Below are positions 19,246 through 27,603 of a stretch of DNA of 50,269 nt, piece after piece. Numbering within the stretch: position 1 is the stretch's first letter; every line of letters begins with the position of its first letter. Source of the DNA: Planctomycetota bacterium (lineage in GTDB: Bacteria > Planctomycetota > Phycisphaerae > Sedimentisphaerales > Anaerobacaceae); NCBI GenBank assembly GCA_020350405.1, contig CP070715.1:606856-657124 (forward strand), in the 5' to 3' direction. The notes beneath the pieces were generated by a model, which worked only from the letters and a program-made list of their open reading frames with translations, did not search any database and was not told the origin of the DNA. The translations under genes were made by a program, and so were the position numbers.

Positions 19246-21075
19246 TTAGGTCCTTCGGCGGACGATTTTCAAGTTAGTACACTGTTTTTCAAAATCCATA
19301 TGTACCCGCGCTATCCAGTGGAGACTGCGATTATCACTCCTGCAGCTAAGCAGGTCCCGGCTCTCAGGGCTTGTAGTTACCCTGTCGCCGACTCTGTAAT
19401 CAAATGCCAGGCAAGGCGTCTGGATATCAACCGTCTCGATTACTGCAGATGCAGCCCCGGCCTTTTCACGGATGAACTCATACAAGGCGGTAGAATCATC
19501 GACCTCGTCCGGCACACCCAGGGATTCATCCGGTGTGTTTTTGAAAATACTGCAATGCGAAACTTGGCGGAACTTGAACCAGCGAGGCAGCGTAATGATC
19601 TGGTCAACCACGGGCACAGTCGAATTAACAGGTCCATCGGCAACTACGCAAGTGAGTCTTTCGTCGCTGACTACGGATGCTGTTATTCTAAACTTAAGTA
19701 CCCCCTTTAAGGCTGCCACCCATGTATCAGCATCAAGATAGTCGCTGCTCAGCCACACTCCACATTCGTTGAGCAGGTTGTTAAAAGCATAGAGATACTG
19801 CCACCAATGCAGGCCATCATCGAATGATACCTGCAGAAAATAGCCTAATGATTTACCCTGTTTGTCGGTGGTAAGGGTCGGCCAGAAGCGCCTGCGCCGA
19901 CGGCCGAAATTGCCGCTCTGGAAGATTTTTGAAAAGTCAAATGCATCGCCTTGATTGTATGGTGAGCCGCTGTAGTCGCCTGCCTCATTAAGACACCATT
20001 TGCGAAATACATCCTTTACCTTGTAGAAATCAGCATTTGTCGAGGGTGAAAATTTGTCGTAGTCGGTGTCCTCGCCGGCAGGGTCCCATGCCTTGACCAG
20101 ATCAAACGTTGCTTCGTAGGTTTTGAAGTCACCTTGGCCGACATATCTGTGTGTTATCGGCCAGAAATTTTCCCTGCTGTGCAAACGTGCAATATTTGTC
20201 TTTGAAATGCTGAATTGTTCGCCCTGATGCTGGCAGTTTAACTCAACTACCCTGCCTTTGCCCGGTCGGTAGAACACAATCGCTTGTTCAGCCCCGGTTG
20301 GCAAAGGCCGAGGGACAAACTTGAATTTCAGCCCTATTCTATCGCAGCACCGCTGCAACGCCTCTATCAGGTCTAATCCGGTGACATCGAGGTCGCGAAC
20401 TACTTGACTTTCGGTTAGCGTCAGCAGTTGCTCAATGCTTGGCGTATGCAATTGGCCGCATGGCAGATACTCACAGAGCAAATAGTGAATTACTTCGGCA
20501 TAGCTCCAAAGTTTGCCCGCCGACGGCTCGGCACAGAACACCGTGTAACTGCAGCCGTTGTGTTCTATTGGCTCGGCCGAAGCATTGGCCTTTCCGTCTT
20601 CGTTAAAAGCGGTGTCCACACCAGACAAGAACAAAGTCGAACCATCAAAGTTGCTGACTCGCTGGCCATATGCAGTGATGCGCTTTAAGTTAGCACTAAA
20701 ATCCTTGGCTATGATTTCCACGCTCTCACCGTTAGGGCCTAACTGTGTCTCGACACTTTCTATTTGGCCTGCAAAAAGAGGAAAGCTAAAAGCTGATGCG
20801 CCAGGCGGGGTGCCATTGTAGACCTGACGAATACAAACGCGTTTGCCAATTGCGACTTTCGGCTCTATTTCTTCGATAGATAGCAGCTCCGCTTGTGGGT
20901 ACGCGGCAGGGTTATAAGCCAGTCTGGCCCAGCTAAACTCTGTCCAGCGTCCATCCACAATTTCTATAGGCTCAAGCCAGGGACACAGTTCACCGTCAAG
21001 CAAAATCAAAAATGCGGGTGCAGGCAACGTCAGTTTCGTTTGAGCTGATTGGAAAAAGTCGATTCTGTTGGACAT
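19246..21075 (-). CDS. Phage-like large structural protein, possibly a gpD/hub- or nozzle-like tail component
   Basis: 609 aa. The N-terminal segment PLFAGQIESVETQLGPNGESVEIIAKDFSANLKR resembles the N-terminal pattern of gpD/VgrG-like hub proteins. This is weak and by eye only. Confidence 0.6.
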   Translation of the reverse strand: MSNRIDFFQSAQTKLTLPAPAFLILLDGELCPWLEPIEIVDGRWTEFSWARLAYNPAAYPQAELLSIEEIEPKVAIGKRVCIRQVYNGTPPGASAFSFPLFAGQIESVETQLGPNGESVEIIAKDFSANLKRITAYGQRVSNFDGSTLFLSGVDTAFNEDGKANASAEPIEHNGCSYTVFCAEPSAGKLWSYAEVIHYLLCEYLPCGQLHTPSIEQLLTLTESQVVRDLDVTGLDLIEALQRCCDRIGLKFKFVPRPLPTGAEQAIVFYRPGKGRVVELNCQHQGEQFSISKTNIARLHSRENFWPITHRYVGQGDFKTYEATFDLVKAWDPAGEDTDYDKFSPSTNADFYKVKDVFRKWCLNEAGDYSGSPYNQGDAFDFSKIFQSGNFGRRRRRFWPTLTTDKQGKSLGYFLQVSFDDGLHWWQYLYAFNNLLNECGVWLSSDYLDADTWVAALKGVLKFRITASVVSDERLTCVVADGPVNSTVPVVDQIITLPRWFKFRQVSHCSIFKNTPDESLGVPDEVDDSTALYEFIREKAGAASAVIETVDIQTPCLAFDYRVGDRVTTSPESRDLLSCRSDNRSLHWIARVHMDFEKQCTNLKIVRRRT

Positions 21076-21092
21076 TAGAATCCCTAGAGCTG

Positions 21093-21782
21093 CTATACAG
21101 CTTCAGCGCCTACAATATCAATTGTGTCGGAACTCCCAGTACCGAATTGAAATTGTATCTTAGCTGATGAAGCATCCTCTGTGCCGGCTGCATCCTCAAC
21201 CTTTATGGCAAATAAATATGTATCTTTGTCAAGCATGTTACTCACGTAACTGTAGAACAACCGGCCCGCGTAGCTTGTTGAGACAATTGCATTTGAGTAA
21301 TCGATCTGGCCGGTTCCGCTATCATAGTAAAGCTTTAAAGACTCCGGCCGTGACTTTTGTTCGATGGGGCAATAGAACCATAGCAATTGAATCTTATTAC
21401 CACCTACCTGTTCGGCCCTTGCGGCAAGAATGCTATTCGGCCTCGGCTTGGCCATATCTCCATTGGCATCTAGGGAAAGCTTAACTGAGGCGGCTAAGGT
21501 ATACTCTTGAGCACCGCAATTGTTGGCCCGGCGAATTACATAAAAATATGTCGACTTGCTACTATGCTGAAGATAGTTGGGTGGTTGAATTTGGGAAGCA
21601 TCTGCTTTGGCTACAGCCAGTATATTAGTAAAATCAATAGTCTCAATACTGCCGCCCCGATAAAGTATAGAACAGCTGGCAATCCGAGACCAGAACCAGC
21701 CCAGAGTCAACACCGTGCCCAGCTTAAACGCGTTGCTTGTCTGCCCGGCAAACAACGCTTCTCTCAACCAGTATATCTCCAT
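21093..21782 (-). CDS. Phage-like structural protein with C-terminal FN3/Ig-like domain (paralogue of 23885..24661)
   Basis: Shares KLYYDSGTGQIDYSNAI and YLFAIKVEDAAGTEDASS with QLYSDGGSGEIDYNSPL and YKFAVKVTDEGGSESGVS of the 258-aa ORF. Start overlaps the upstream stop as TAATG. Confidence 0.6.
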   Translation of the reverse strand: MEIYWLREALFAGQTSNAFKLGTVLTLGWFWSRIASCSILYRGGSIETIDFTNILAVAKADASQIQPPNYLQHSSKSTYFYVIRRANNCGAQEYTLAASVKLSLDANGDMAKPRPNSILAARAEQVGGNKIQLLWFYCPIEQKSRPESLKLYYDSGTGQIDYSNAIVSTSYAGRLFYSYVSNMLDKDTYLFAIKVEDAAGTEDASSAKIQFQFGTGSSDTIDIVGAEAV

Positions 21783-22273
21783 TAGCTTGGCGTCCTAGTC
21801 AATGTAGATTCCTCATCCGTAGGAGTATGGGTCAGGATAACTGTTTCGCCATCATCATCATAGTAGTCAATTGTGCCCGTAACCTTGTTCTGTATGGCTT
21901 TGTTTAAAAGCAATTTGGCCGCCTTCTCGAAAAGCGAACTGCCTGCGAACCTGTTCTCGATTGAAAATGTTGCAAGTACCGCGTTGACCGTCTCGCCGTC
22001 AATAGTAGCCCCAACCAGGACCACAGAATAGTCATGCCCTTTCGCATAGAAAGCATCGGCACTTAAATCTATCTCGCAATTGTGAACACCAGTCAAGCCA
22101 TCAAAGTCCTCGGTATCCGTTACACCCGACGTGCTTTCACTGTCGTCATCATCTTTGTAAACTTTAATAGTCCCGTTGGTAGCACGCGTAATGCTTGCTC
22201 CGTTCTTATCATTTGTGTCCCAACAGAAATACACTGTCGAGCCTTCTTTGAAATCACCTAAATAAAATCCCAT
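21782..22273 (-). CDS. Phage-like structural protein, unknown function
   Basis: ATG at 22273 (MGFYLGDFKEG...) overlaps the LamG gene stop as TAATG. The track ORF start at 22309 would overlap by 37 nt. Has an acidic stretch KDDDDSESTSGVTDTEDFDG. Confidence 0.6.
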   Translation of the reverse strand: MGFYLGDFKEGSTVYFCWDTNDKNGASITRATNGTIKVYKDDDDSESTSGVTDTEDFDGLTGVHNCEIDLSADAFYAKGHDYSVVLVGATIDGETVNAVLATFSIENRFAGSSLFEKAAKLLLNKAIQNKVTGTIDYYDDDGETVILTHTPTDEESTLTRTPS

Positions 22274-23013
22274 TACGCTAATCCCCGCTTTCCTTGTGCC
22301 AGAGAACACCTAACTAACAACCGGCATACTGTTTTTAATCCCTCTGTCCCATAGCCATTGTTATACAAATAAGCCCACTCATCCGATGATAACAATCTAT
22401 CAAATACAATCATGCAGTCCATAGCACCGTCAAAATATGCATGCTGGCTGAGTCTGCTGCCGATACATAAATCCTCATTGTTTGATATGTCATTGATTTG
22501 CATGATTGGGGCAGATATTGCGACCTGGCTTGCATTTATGTATATCTTAAAAGTCCCGTCGCGGTCAAATTCAACTGTGCAAAAATACCAAGCGTCATCA
22601 TTGTACGTCGAAGATGTGCTTTTGCTGACACTATTGCTTCCTTTGCTGATTCTAGCCCACACCTTGCCGCTTTGCATCCAAATATCCCAACCGCTGTAGT
22701 TACCCTTTTTACGATGGTTTATAAAAAATCCTGTTCCGGTCATAGTTGTTCTGAACCAAAAAGCTACAGTAAAATCCTTGCCGACAAAGTCCCAAGCGTC
22801 ATGGTCCGAAACGGTGATGTGGTCACTCGTACCATTAAAGTCAAAAGCACCGTTCAAATAGGGTGGTTGCCCGCTGCCGATGTGCATAAGTGCTGTGTTT
22901 CGCTGTGAGCTACCATCGTGTGAATTGTCCGAGCTATCCTCGACATTGGTATCTGCTGCATTTTCATTTAGTCTCCAACGAGATATACAGTTTGCGGATA
23001 AATCAATCGCCAT
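22273..23013 (-). CDS. LamG (concanavalin A-like lectin/glucanase, Laminin_G_3) domain protein
   Basis: WRLNENAADTNVEDSSDNSHDGS ... NGAFDFNGTSDHITVSDHDAWDF..DFTVAFWFRT ... FDGAMDCMIVFDRLLSSDEWAYLYNNG is the standard Laminin_G_3 layout. Confidence 0.75.
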   Translation of the reverse strand: MAIDLSANCISRWRLNENAADTNVEDSSDNSHDGSSQRNTALMHIGSGQPPYLNGAFDFNGTSDHITVSDHDAWDFVGKDFTVAFWFRTTMTGTGFFINHRKKGNYSGWDIWMQSGKVWARISKGSNSVSKSTSSTYNDDAWYFCTVEFDRDGTFKIYINASQVAISAPIMQINDISNNEDLCIGSRLSQHAYFDGAMDCMIVFDRLLSSDEWAYLYNNGYGTEGLKTVCRLLVRCSLAQGKRGLA

Positions 23014-23075
23014 TATGCTAACCTTTTCCGCGTCACCAGCTGTTTAATTCTATTCCTGTGGACCTGACGCTTCAC

Positions 23076-23864
23076 TTACGCCTCCTCTGTCCAAGTCCCA
23101 TTTTTCGCTATAGTCACCCAGTCACCATTTGAGTCGGCCGCAACAGCAATGCTCTCACCGATCGCGTTTGCTGCCTTGTACTTACCAGCGGTTTGACCGC
23201 TGTTGTCTCGGATTGCGGCCGTGCCGGGATCGATGCGTAGTTCTTGTCCTGCTTGGACAGCAAATGTAAATACCGTTCCTTCCAGTGCTGATGCAGGTAG
23301 TGTAAGCGTAACCAGCCCTGTCGCACCGAGATTGCTGTGAATACTGCCCGACTCGGCCACCGCGAGCGTGTCATCACTGGTGTGCGCTTCAATTTTCTTC
23401 GTAACCCCGCCAGCCTCATACGGTATAACAAAATTATGACCCACACGAGAATCCGTTATCGATGTGACATCGCCGTTTGACGTACTCGCTACCGCCAGCC
23501 GAATATGCGGCGTCGTTGCCATATCAGGAAAGCCGTTGTACTCGTTTGTTACAAGATTGCCGCTTGAGTCCAGATAAACATAGATATTGGTTTTGTCATC
23601 TTCTAAAGTATTACCCGACGAGCCGTCGTAGCTGACCAGTTCTGTACCTATCCAGAACTTGCCCTTTTTGACGCCAATATCCAGCCCACCCTCGCCATAG
23701 ACTCTTAAGTCATTTGCTCGCCTTGTACCAAGCAGTAGCCGATAAAGTAATTTCCTGAATTGCAGATAATAAGGCGATGTGCCGGTTGGTATATATTCGA
23801 CGCCGGTCTCGCTGTCAGACTGGATATTTAACAATTCATTGTCGGACGGGTATACTTCAGCCAT
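23076..23864 (-). CDS. Phage-like structural protein, tail-fibre/spike-like (tentative)
   Basis: 262 aa, beta-rich and Gly/Thr/Ser-rich. Its position in the tail part of the module supports the call. No firm motif. Confidence 0.55.
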   Translation of the reverse strand: MAEVYPSDNELLNIQSDSETGVEYIPTGTSPYYLQFRKLLYRLLLGTRRANDLRVYGEGGLDIGVKKGKFWIGTELVSYDGSSGNTLEDDKTNIYVYLDSSGNLVTNEYNGFPDMATTPHIRLAVASTSNGDVTSITDSRVGHNFVIPYEAGGVTKKIEAHTSDDTLAVAESGSIHSNLGATGLVTLTLPASALEGTVFTFAVQAGQELRIDPGTAAIRDNSGQTAGKYKAANAIGESIAVAADSNGDWVTIAKNGTWTEEA

Positions 23865-23884
23865 AATATTCTCCTTGTAATTAT

Positions 23885-24661
23885 TTACAAGACACTCAAT
23901 ACCAATTGATTTTCTTGTTTGTCGAATGAAAAAATGCTCATCCGTTCGGCGGGCCGCGCGGCCGGTATCACTGTTAATTGCCCTGTCTCGCTAACCCCAC
24001 TTTCACTGCCCCCTTCATCAGTGACTTTGACAGCAAATTTATATATACCTGTTTCTAAAAGTGGGCTTGTCCATTCAAGTACATCGGCATCAAAGCCGAA
24101 TTCTCCCCTGCCGAAGACGCCTTTGCCAAAACCAACCGCTGCCGAACCGTCAAAGCCAAAGTCACTCGTGCCAAATCTGGCCATTCCGAACCCTGTCTTA
24201 TCCTGCCAGGCAGGCCAGACTCTTACGGGTGAATCATTAAGCGGACTGTTATAATCTATTTCCCCGCTGCCACCATCGGAGTAAAGTTGAACTGTCGCGC
24301 CAATGGGTACTTTCTGGCTGCGCAGCATGTCTATCTTCGCGCGGCCACATTGGCCCATCGATGACTCAATCTCGCTGCTAAAATCAGTATTTGCCTGTTC
24401 AGCTTCGACCGCGAAGACCTCAATTCGCACCGCTGTCTCCAAAGAAGTGGGTATCTGAACCATCATTTGTCGCTGCTGACCATCAAGCGTTGACCCCGCA
24501 TACCAACCGTTGACGTAAACCTGGTAGAACATGTTGGACAGGTGCGAATGCCATTTTACCAAAGCAATTCGCGGGCACCCGGCATAACTTCCGTCTGGCC
24601 AGATACCACCAGGCAGTTCGAACGCCCGTACCTTTTCTATGCCGCTACTGACAAGTGCCAT
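23885..24661 (-). CDS. Phage-like structural protein with an FG-rich Gly/Phe segment and a C-terminal FN3/Ig-like domain
   Basis: TGFGMARFGTSDFGFDGSAAVGFGKGVFGRGEFGFD (six FG dipeptides in 36 aa). C-terminal YKFAVKVTDEGGSESGVSETGQLTV. Confidence 0.6.
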   Translation of the reverse strand: MALVSSGIEKVRAFELPGGIWPDGSYAGCPRIALVKWHSHLSNMFYQVYVNGWYAGSTLDGQQRQMMVQIPTSLETAVRIEVFAVEAEQANTDFSSEIESSMGQCGRAKIDMLRSQKVPIGATVQLYSDGGSGEIDYNSPLNDSPVRVWPAWQDKTGFGMARFGTSDFGFDGSAAVGFGKGVFGRGEFGFDADVLEWTSPLLETGIYKFAVKVTDEGGSESGVSETGQLTVIPAARPAERMSIFSFDKQENQLVLSVL

Positions 24662-24666
24662 GCCCG

Positions 24667-25038
24667 CTAAACCACCAATTGCGTATAAACGATTTCATAA
24701 TCAATAACCACCCCGTTGCCACTTGTCCTGTCGTCCATTACCCTGAAGGTATCCATCCGAAGATTATCAAACTCCCCGTCACCGCTAATCACCAACTTGT
24801 GTGTATTACCATTTATGAAAGCTGATATTGCCGCGATCCTGTTATTCATTTGCGATTGGCTTTTCGCGCGCAGCACACCGCTCTGCTTCACCTTCCTGCT
24901 GCGCTTACCCAGATCAATACTGAGTACGCCGTCCAGACCCGGGACCGCTCTCTCTACTGAGTCCTGGCGAACACTGCCCAGCTCAATCTCAAGCTCTTCT
25001 TCGTCGAATATTTTTTGTCCATCCAAAGTGACGCTCAT
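24667..25038 (-). CDS. Small phage-like structural protein (123 aa)
   Basis: ERAVPGLDGVLSIDLGKRSRKVKQSGVL loosely recalls the DNA-circulation-N/baseplate-hub-associated motif (..P..dG....DLG...r.i...G). Weak. Confidence 0.5.
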   Translation of the reverse strand: MSVTLDGQKIFDEEELEIELGSVRQDSVERAVPGLDGVLSIDLGKRSRKVKQSGVLRAKSQSQMNNRIAAISAFINGNTHKLVISGDGEFDNLRMDTFRVMDDRTSGNGVVIDYEIVYTQLVV

Positions 25039-25056
25039 CTCTGTTCCTGTCCCAAA

Positions 25057-25713
25057 CTAATCCCGTGCGAGCCTTACAGATGACCCGACCTTAGCGATCT
25101 CAGCCACTCCATCGCTATCAACGTCAATACTAAGATGACACCGTTCTCTTGCTCGCTGAAAGAGTTTCTTGTAGTACAGGCTCTTCTTCCAGAAATTCTC
25201 ATCTTCGGCCTTACTGGCTAACATTGCATAAACGCTTGAAACAACCGCAAAGACCGATGCTCTCTTCAAAACCTCTGTATTCAAAACATCCTCTACATCA
25301 ATCTCGCTTGCGGGGTCACCGGGCCTGATACTAAAGTACTCGGTCAGCGTGAGCCCGGCTTCATTGGCCTGGGGCTCAAACGTGCTGATCCGGTAGGATA
25401 TATCAGTAGCAGCTGGCGGCGCTACGGGATCGTCATCCGAATCTGCCCTGATTACCGAAACGGTAAGCTGGGTGGTCGAGTCTACCGAGACTATCTCGTA
25501 CGCACCGTCCAATAAGGCGCTTGAAGATTGTAGATTTATAACTTGCCCCGCCGAAACCTGCGCACTTACAAAATCTGCATCGTTCGCGGTGAATGTCGTC
25601 CCGCTCAGCGTACCACCTGTCCCTGACACAAGTACTTGCCACGGCAGATGCAACTCGCCGAACAACACCGGCTCGTATTTCAGAATATCGACATCTTTTG
25701 AAAAACAAACCAT
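25057..25713 (-). CDS. Phage-like protein immediately downstream of the capsid gene, possible head-tail adaptor/connector
   Basis: 218 aa with a beta-rich N-terminal half and a helical C-terminal half (EVLKRASVFAVVSSVYAMLASKAEDENFWKKSLYYKKLFQRARER). The assignment rests on gene position. Confidence 0.5.
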   Translation of the reverse strand: MVCFSKDVDILKYEPVLFGELHLPWQVLVSGTGGTLSGTTFTANDADFVSAQVSAGQVINLQSSSALLDGAYEIVSVDSTTQLTVSVIRADSDDDPVAPPAATDISYRISTFEPQANEAGLTLTEYFSIRPGDPASEIDVEDVLNTEVLKRASVFAVVSSVYAMLASKAEDENFWKKSLYYKKLFQRARERCHLSIDVDSDGVAEIAKVGSSVRLARD

Positions 25714-25798
25714 TTTCTTTTAAACCCTTCTTTCTATGAGTTGCCGGGACAGGCGCCCAAAGACTATACCAAACAGAGTGCCTCCGGGCGCCTTACGT

Positions 25799-25821
25799 CA
25801 AGACGCATTAGTTGCGTCTTG
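25799..25821. promoter_or_regulatory. Perfect 9-bp stem / 5-nt loop hairpin directly downstream of the capsid gene
   Basis: CAAGACGCA-TTAGT-TGCGTCTTG. A second inverted repeat, GGCGCCC (25752-25758) / GGGCGCC (25786-25792), is adjacent. No U-tract follows on the transcribed strand. Confidence 0.4.
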
Positions 25822-25841
25822 GGCAGTTCCCCTACTACTTA

Positions 25842-26996
25842 TTAGCTGGTAGTCAAGCCGCGAATGAGTCCATGGGCTCCTTCGTTCTTGATCTCCAAAG
25901 TATATTCGCCAATCACCTCGCCGCATTCATAGTCACCGCCACTTGCCAGCGGCTTGAAGTGGAAGCTCCGTCCCCCTAACGGCAATACGCTAATACGGGA
26001 TGAGTCCAACAGCAGAGCCGCGTCCTGAGGTATCCATCGCGTCGTAACAATTCTGCACACACCGAAATCACTTTCGTAGATGTTGATCATATCGGTGAAG
26101 GTGGTATCGCCGGCCGCATAGCTGCGGCTGTTGGCCGTGAAGGCATTTATCTTTCTCTTCTGGAATCCCCCGACGACAATCAGGTCCACATTGCCGTTGC
26201 TGTTGCCCCAAACCTGCCTGAGGACGTAGTTAATCTTGGCTTCGTCAAGGTCATTGCCCGTCGGAAAACCACTGTCGCCGGTATGAAAGGCATTCGTCGT
26301 CATGTGCTGAATAATCCCCTTCATCGACCTTCTCGCGGATCCGCTCCCTTCTGGGTTGCTCGTCGGTTGGCCGCCGTTAATTACCGTATTTTCCAAGTCC
26401 CGGATCAGTTCACGCAACCGCTCTTGTTTTTGATAGTCCATCTCATCAGCTAGACCCAGTTGGTTTGCCGCCATATCTGTCCCACTGACTTCCACCGTCG
26501 CGCTGAATATCTGCGTGTAGTTACCCAACCTGCTGCGATTGGTGAATCTTGCATCCGGTTTGTCTGCCCCTTCGAGAGCCGCATTTCCGAGAATGTTTAT
26601 CACCTGGTTGTCTGCTAAGTCCTCCGCTGTGGTGCCGGCATAACCACGAACTACCGTCAACGTGTCATCGTTGATTCCGGTTACGAGCATCAGTTCTTCT
26701 GACCCCTCTACCTGAATCTGATCGCCTATGCGGAACCTGCTGCCGTTATCAACTACAAAATCAGTGTCAGCTGCAGGGTCGGTATAGGTACTATCGTTGA
26801 TGGCGTCCTTGTTTGGTAGCAGTTCGTCTTCAAGCCATTCGTGGTGTGTGCTTCTGGCTTCTCTCATCGGGTCACCCAAAGCATCCAGCAACGGAGTCTC
26901 ATAAGGTGAAATTATCCCAATTAAATCCGATACATCCTCAGCCAATTCCGGTAGAGTTATACCCGCTGAATAAGTTGCTTTTCCAGTAAAAGCCAT
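25842..26996 (-). CDS. Major capsid protein, HK97-fold, DUF5309/SU10-like family
   Basis: The N-terminal signature DVSDLIGIISPYETPLLDALG....ARSTHHEWLEDEL matches the conserved start of DUF5309-type coat proteins. 384 aa. Sits directly after the scaffold gene. Confidence 0.7.
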   Translation of the reverse strand: MAFTGKATYSAGITLPELAEDVSDLIGIISPYETPLLDALGDPMREARSTHHEWLEDELLPNKDAINDSTYTDPAADTDFVVDNGSRFRIGDQIQVEGSEELMLVTGINDDTLTVVRGYAGTTAEDLADNQVINILGNAALEGADKPDARFTNRSRLGNYTQIFSATVEVSGTDMAANQLGLADEMDYQKQERLRELIRDLENTVINGGQPTSNPEGSGSARRSMKGIIQHMTTNAFHTGDSGFPTGNDLDEAKINYVLRQVWGNSNGNVDLIVVGGFQKRKINAFTANSRSYAAGDTTFTDMINIYESDFGVCRIVTTRWIPQDAALLLDSSRISVLPLGGRSFHFKPLASGGDYECGEVIGEYTLEIKNEGAHGLIRGLTTS

Positions 26997-27047
26997 TTGT
27001 TCTTCTCCTTGTATTTATGTATTGTCTCTGTCAGTTCTTCATTAAAA

Positions 27048-27578
27048 TCAAACAAAATTTCTTCGCAGCTTCAGATACTCTTGTAAATCTGTTCGGTTGC
27101 CCGTTGCTGCCGCTCTCTTTGCTGCTCTTTCAAGGATTGCCTGGTCGCCTGTAACGCGGTCCTTGGCACCTGCTGTCCTTTTGACCGTGGCAGCCGTCTC
27201 TTTGTCGTTACCGAACAGATATTGCTTTTCTTTTTTCAACTGTTCAATCACACTGTCTAAATCTGTCTCGGTTTCATCTTTTACTCTGGCCTTGGCGATT
27301 AACACAGCTGCTTCTAGGTCAACTGTCCCCGCAGCGACTAATTTTCGCATTAGCTTTTGCTCAACCTGAATACTGCTCAATTTCTCAACCATTCCGCCAA
27401 TCTGAGATTTCGCCTGGGCTAATTGCTCAGACAAGGTTTCAACTTTTTTCTCGGCACTCTGTGCCCTTTTGCGATAACGGATCGATTCGGCTACCGGAAC
27501 AAGTTTCGAGTCGTCAACATCGCCCTGTCCCGCTTTTGTCTCTGATAAAACATTTCCCTCTATGTCAATCTGACTCAT
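27048..27578 (-). CDS. Phage scaffolding protein (coiled-coil)
   Basis: 176 aa, highly charged and helical (KRAQSAEKKVETLSEQLAQAKSQIGGMVEKL...). Located between portal and capsid genes. Confidence 0.6.
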   Translation of the reverse strand: MSQIDIEGNVLSETKAGQGDVDDSKLVPVAESIRYRKRAQSAEKKVETLSEQLAQAKSQIGGMVEKLSSIQVEQKLMRKLVAAGTVDLEAAVLIAKARVKDETETDLDSVIEQLKKEKQYLFGNDKETAATVKRTAGAKDRVTGDQAILERAAKRAAATGNRTDLQEYLKLRRNFV

Positions 27579-27603
27579 AAAATCTTTTAATTAGACTAAA
27601 GCC

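Noticed and set aside
19246-21075. Possibility that the 609-aa ORF is the missing large terminase
   Set aside because: The only P-loop-like string is TTDKQGKS, which lacks the leading G/A of GxxxxGK[ST]. No Walker B or RNase-H-like nuclease motifs are seen, and the gene sits at the tail end of the module.
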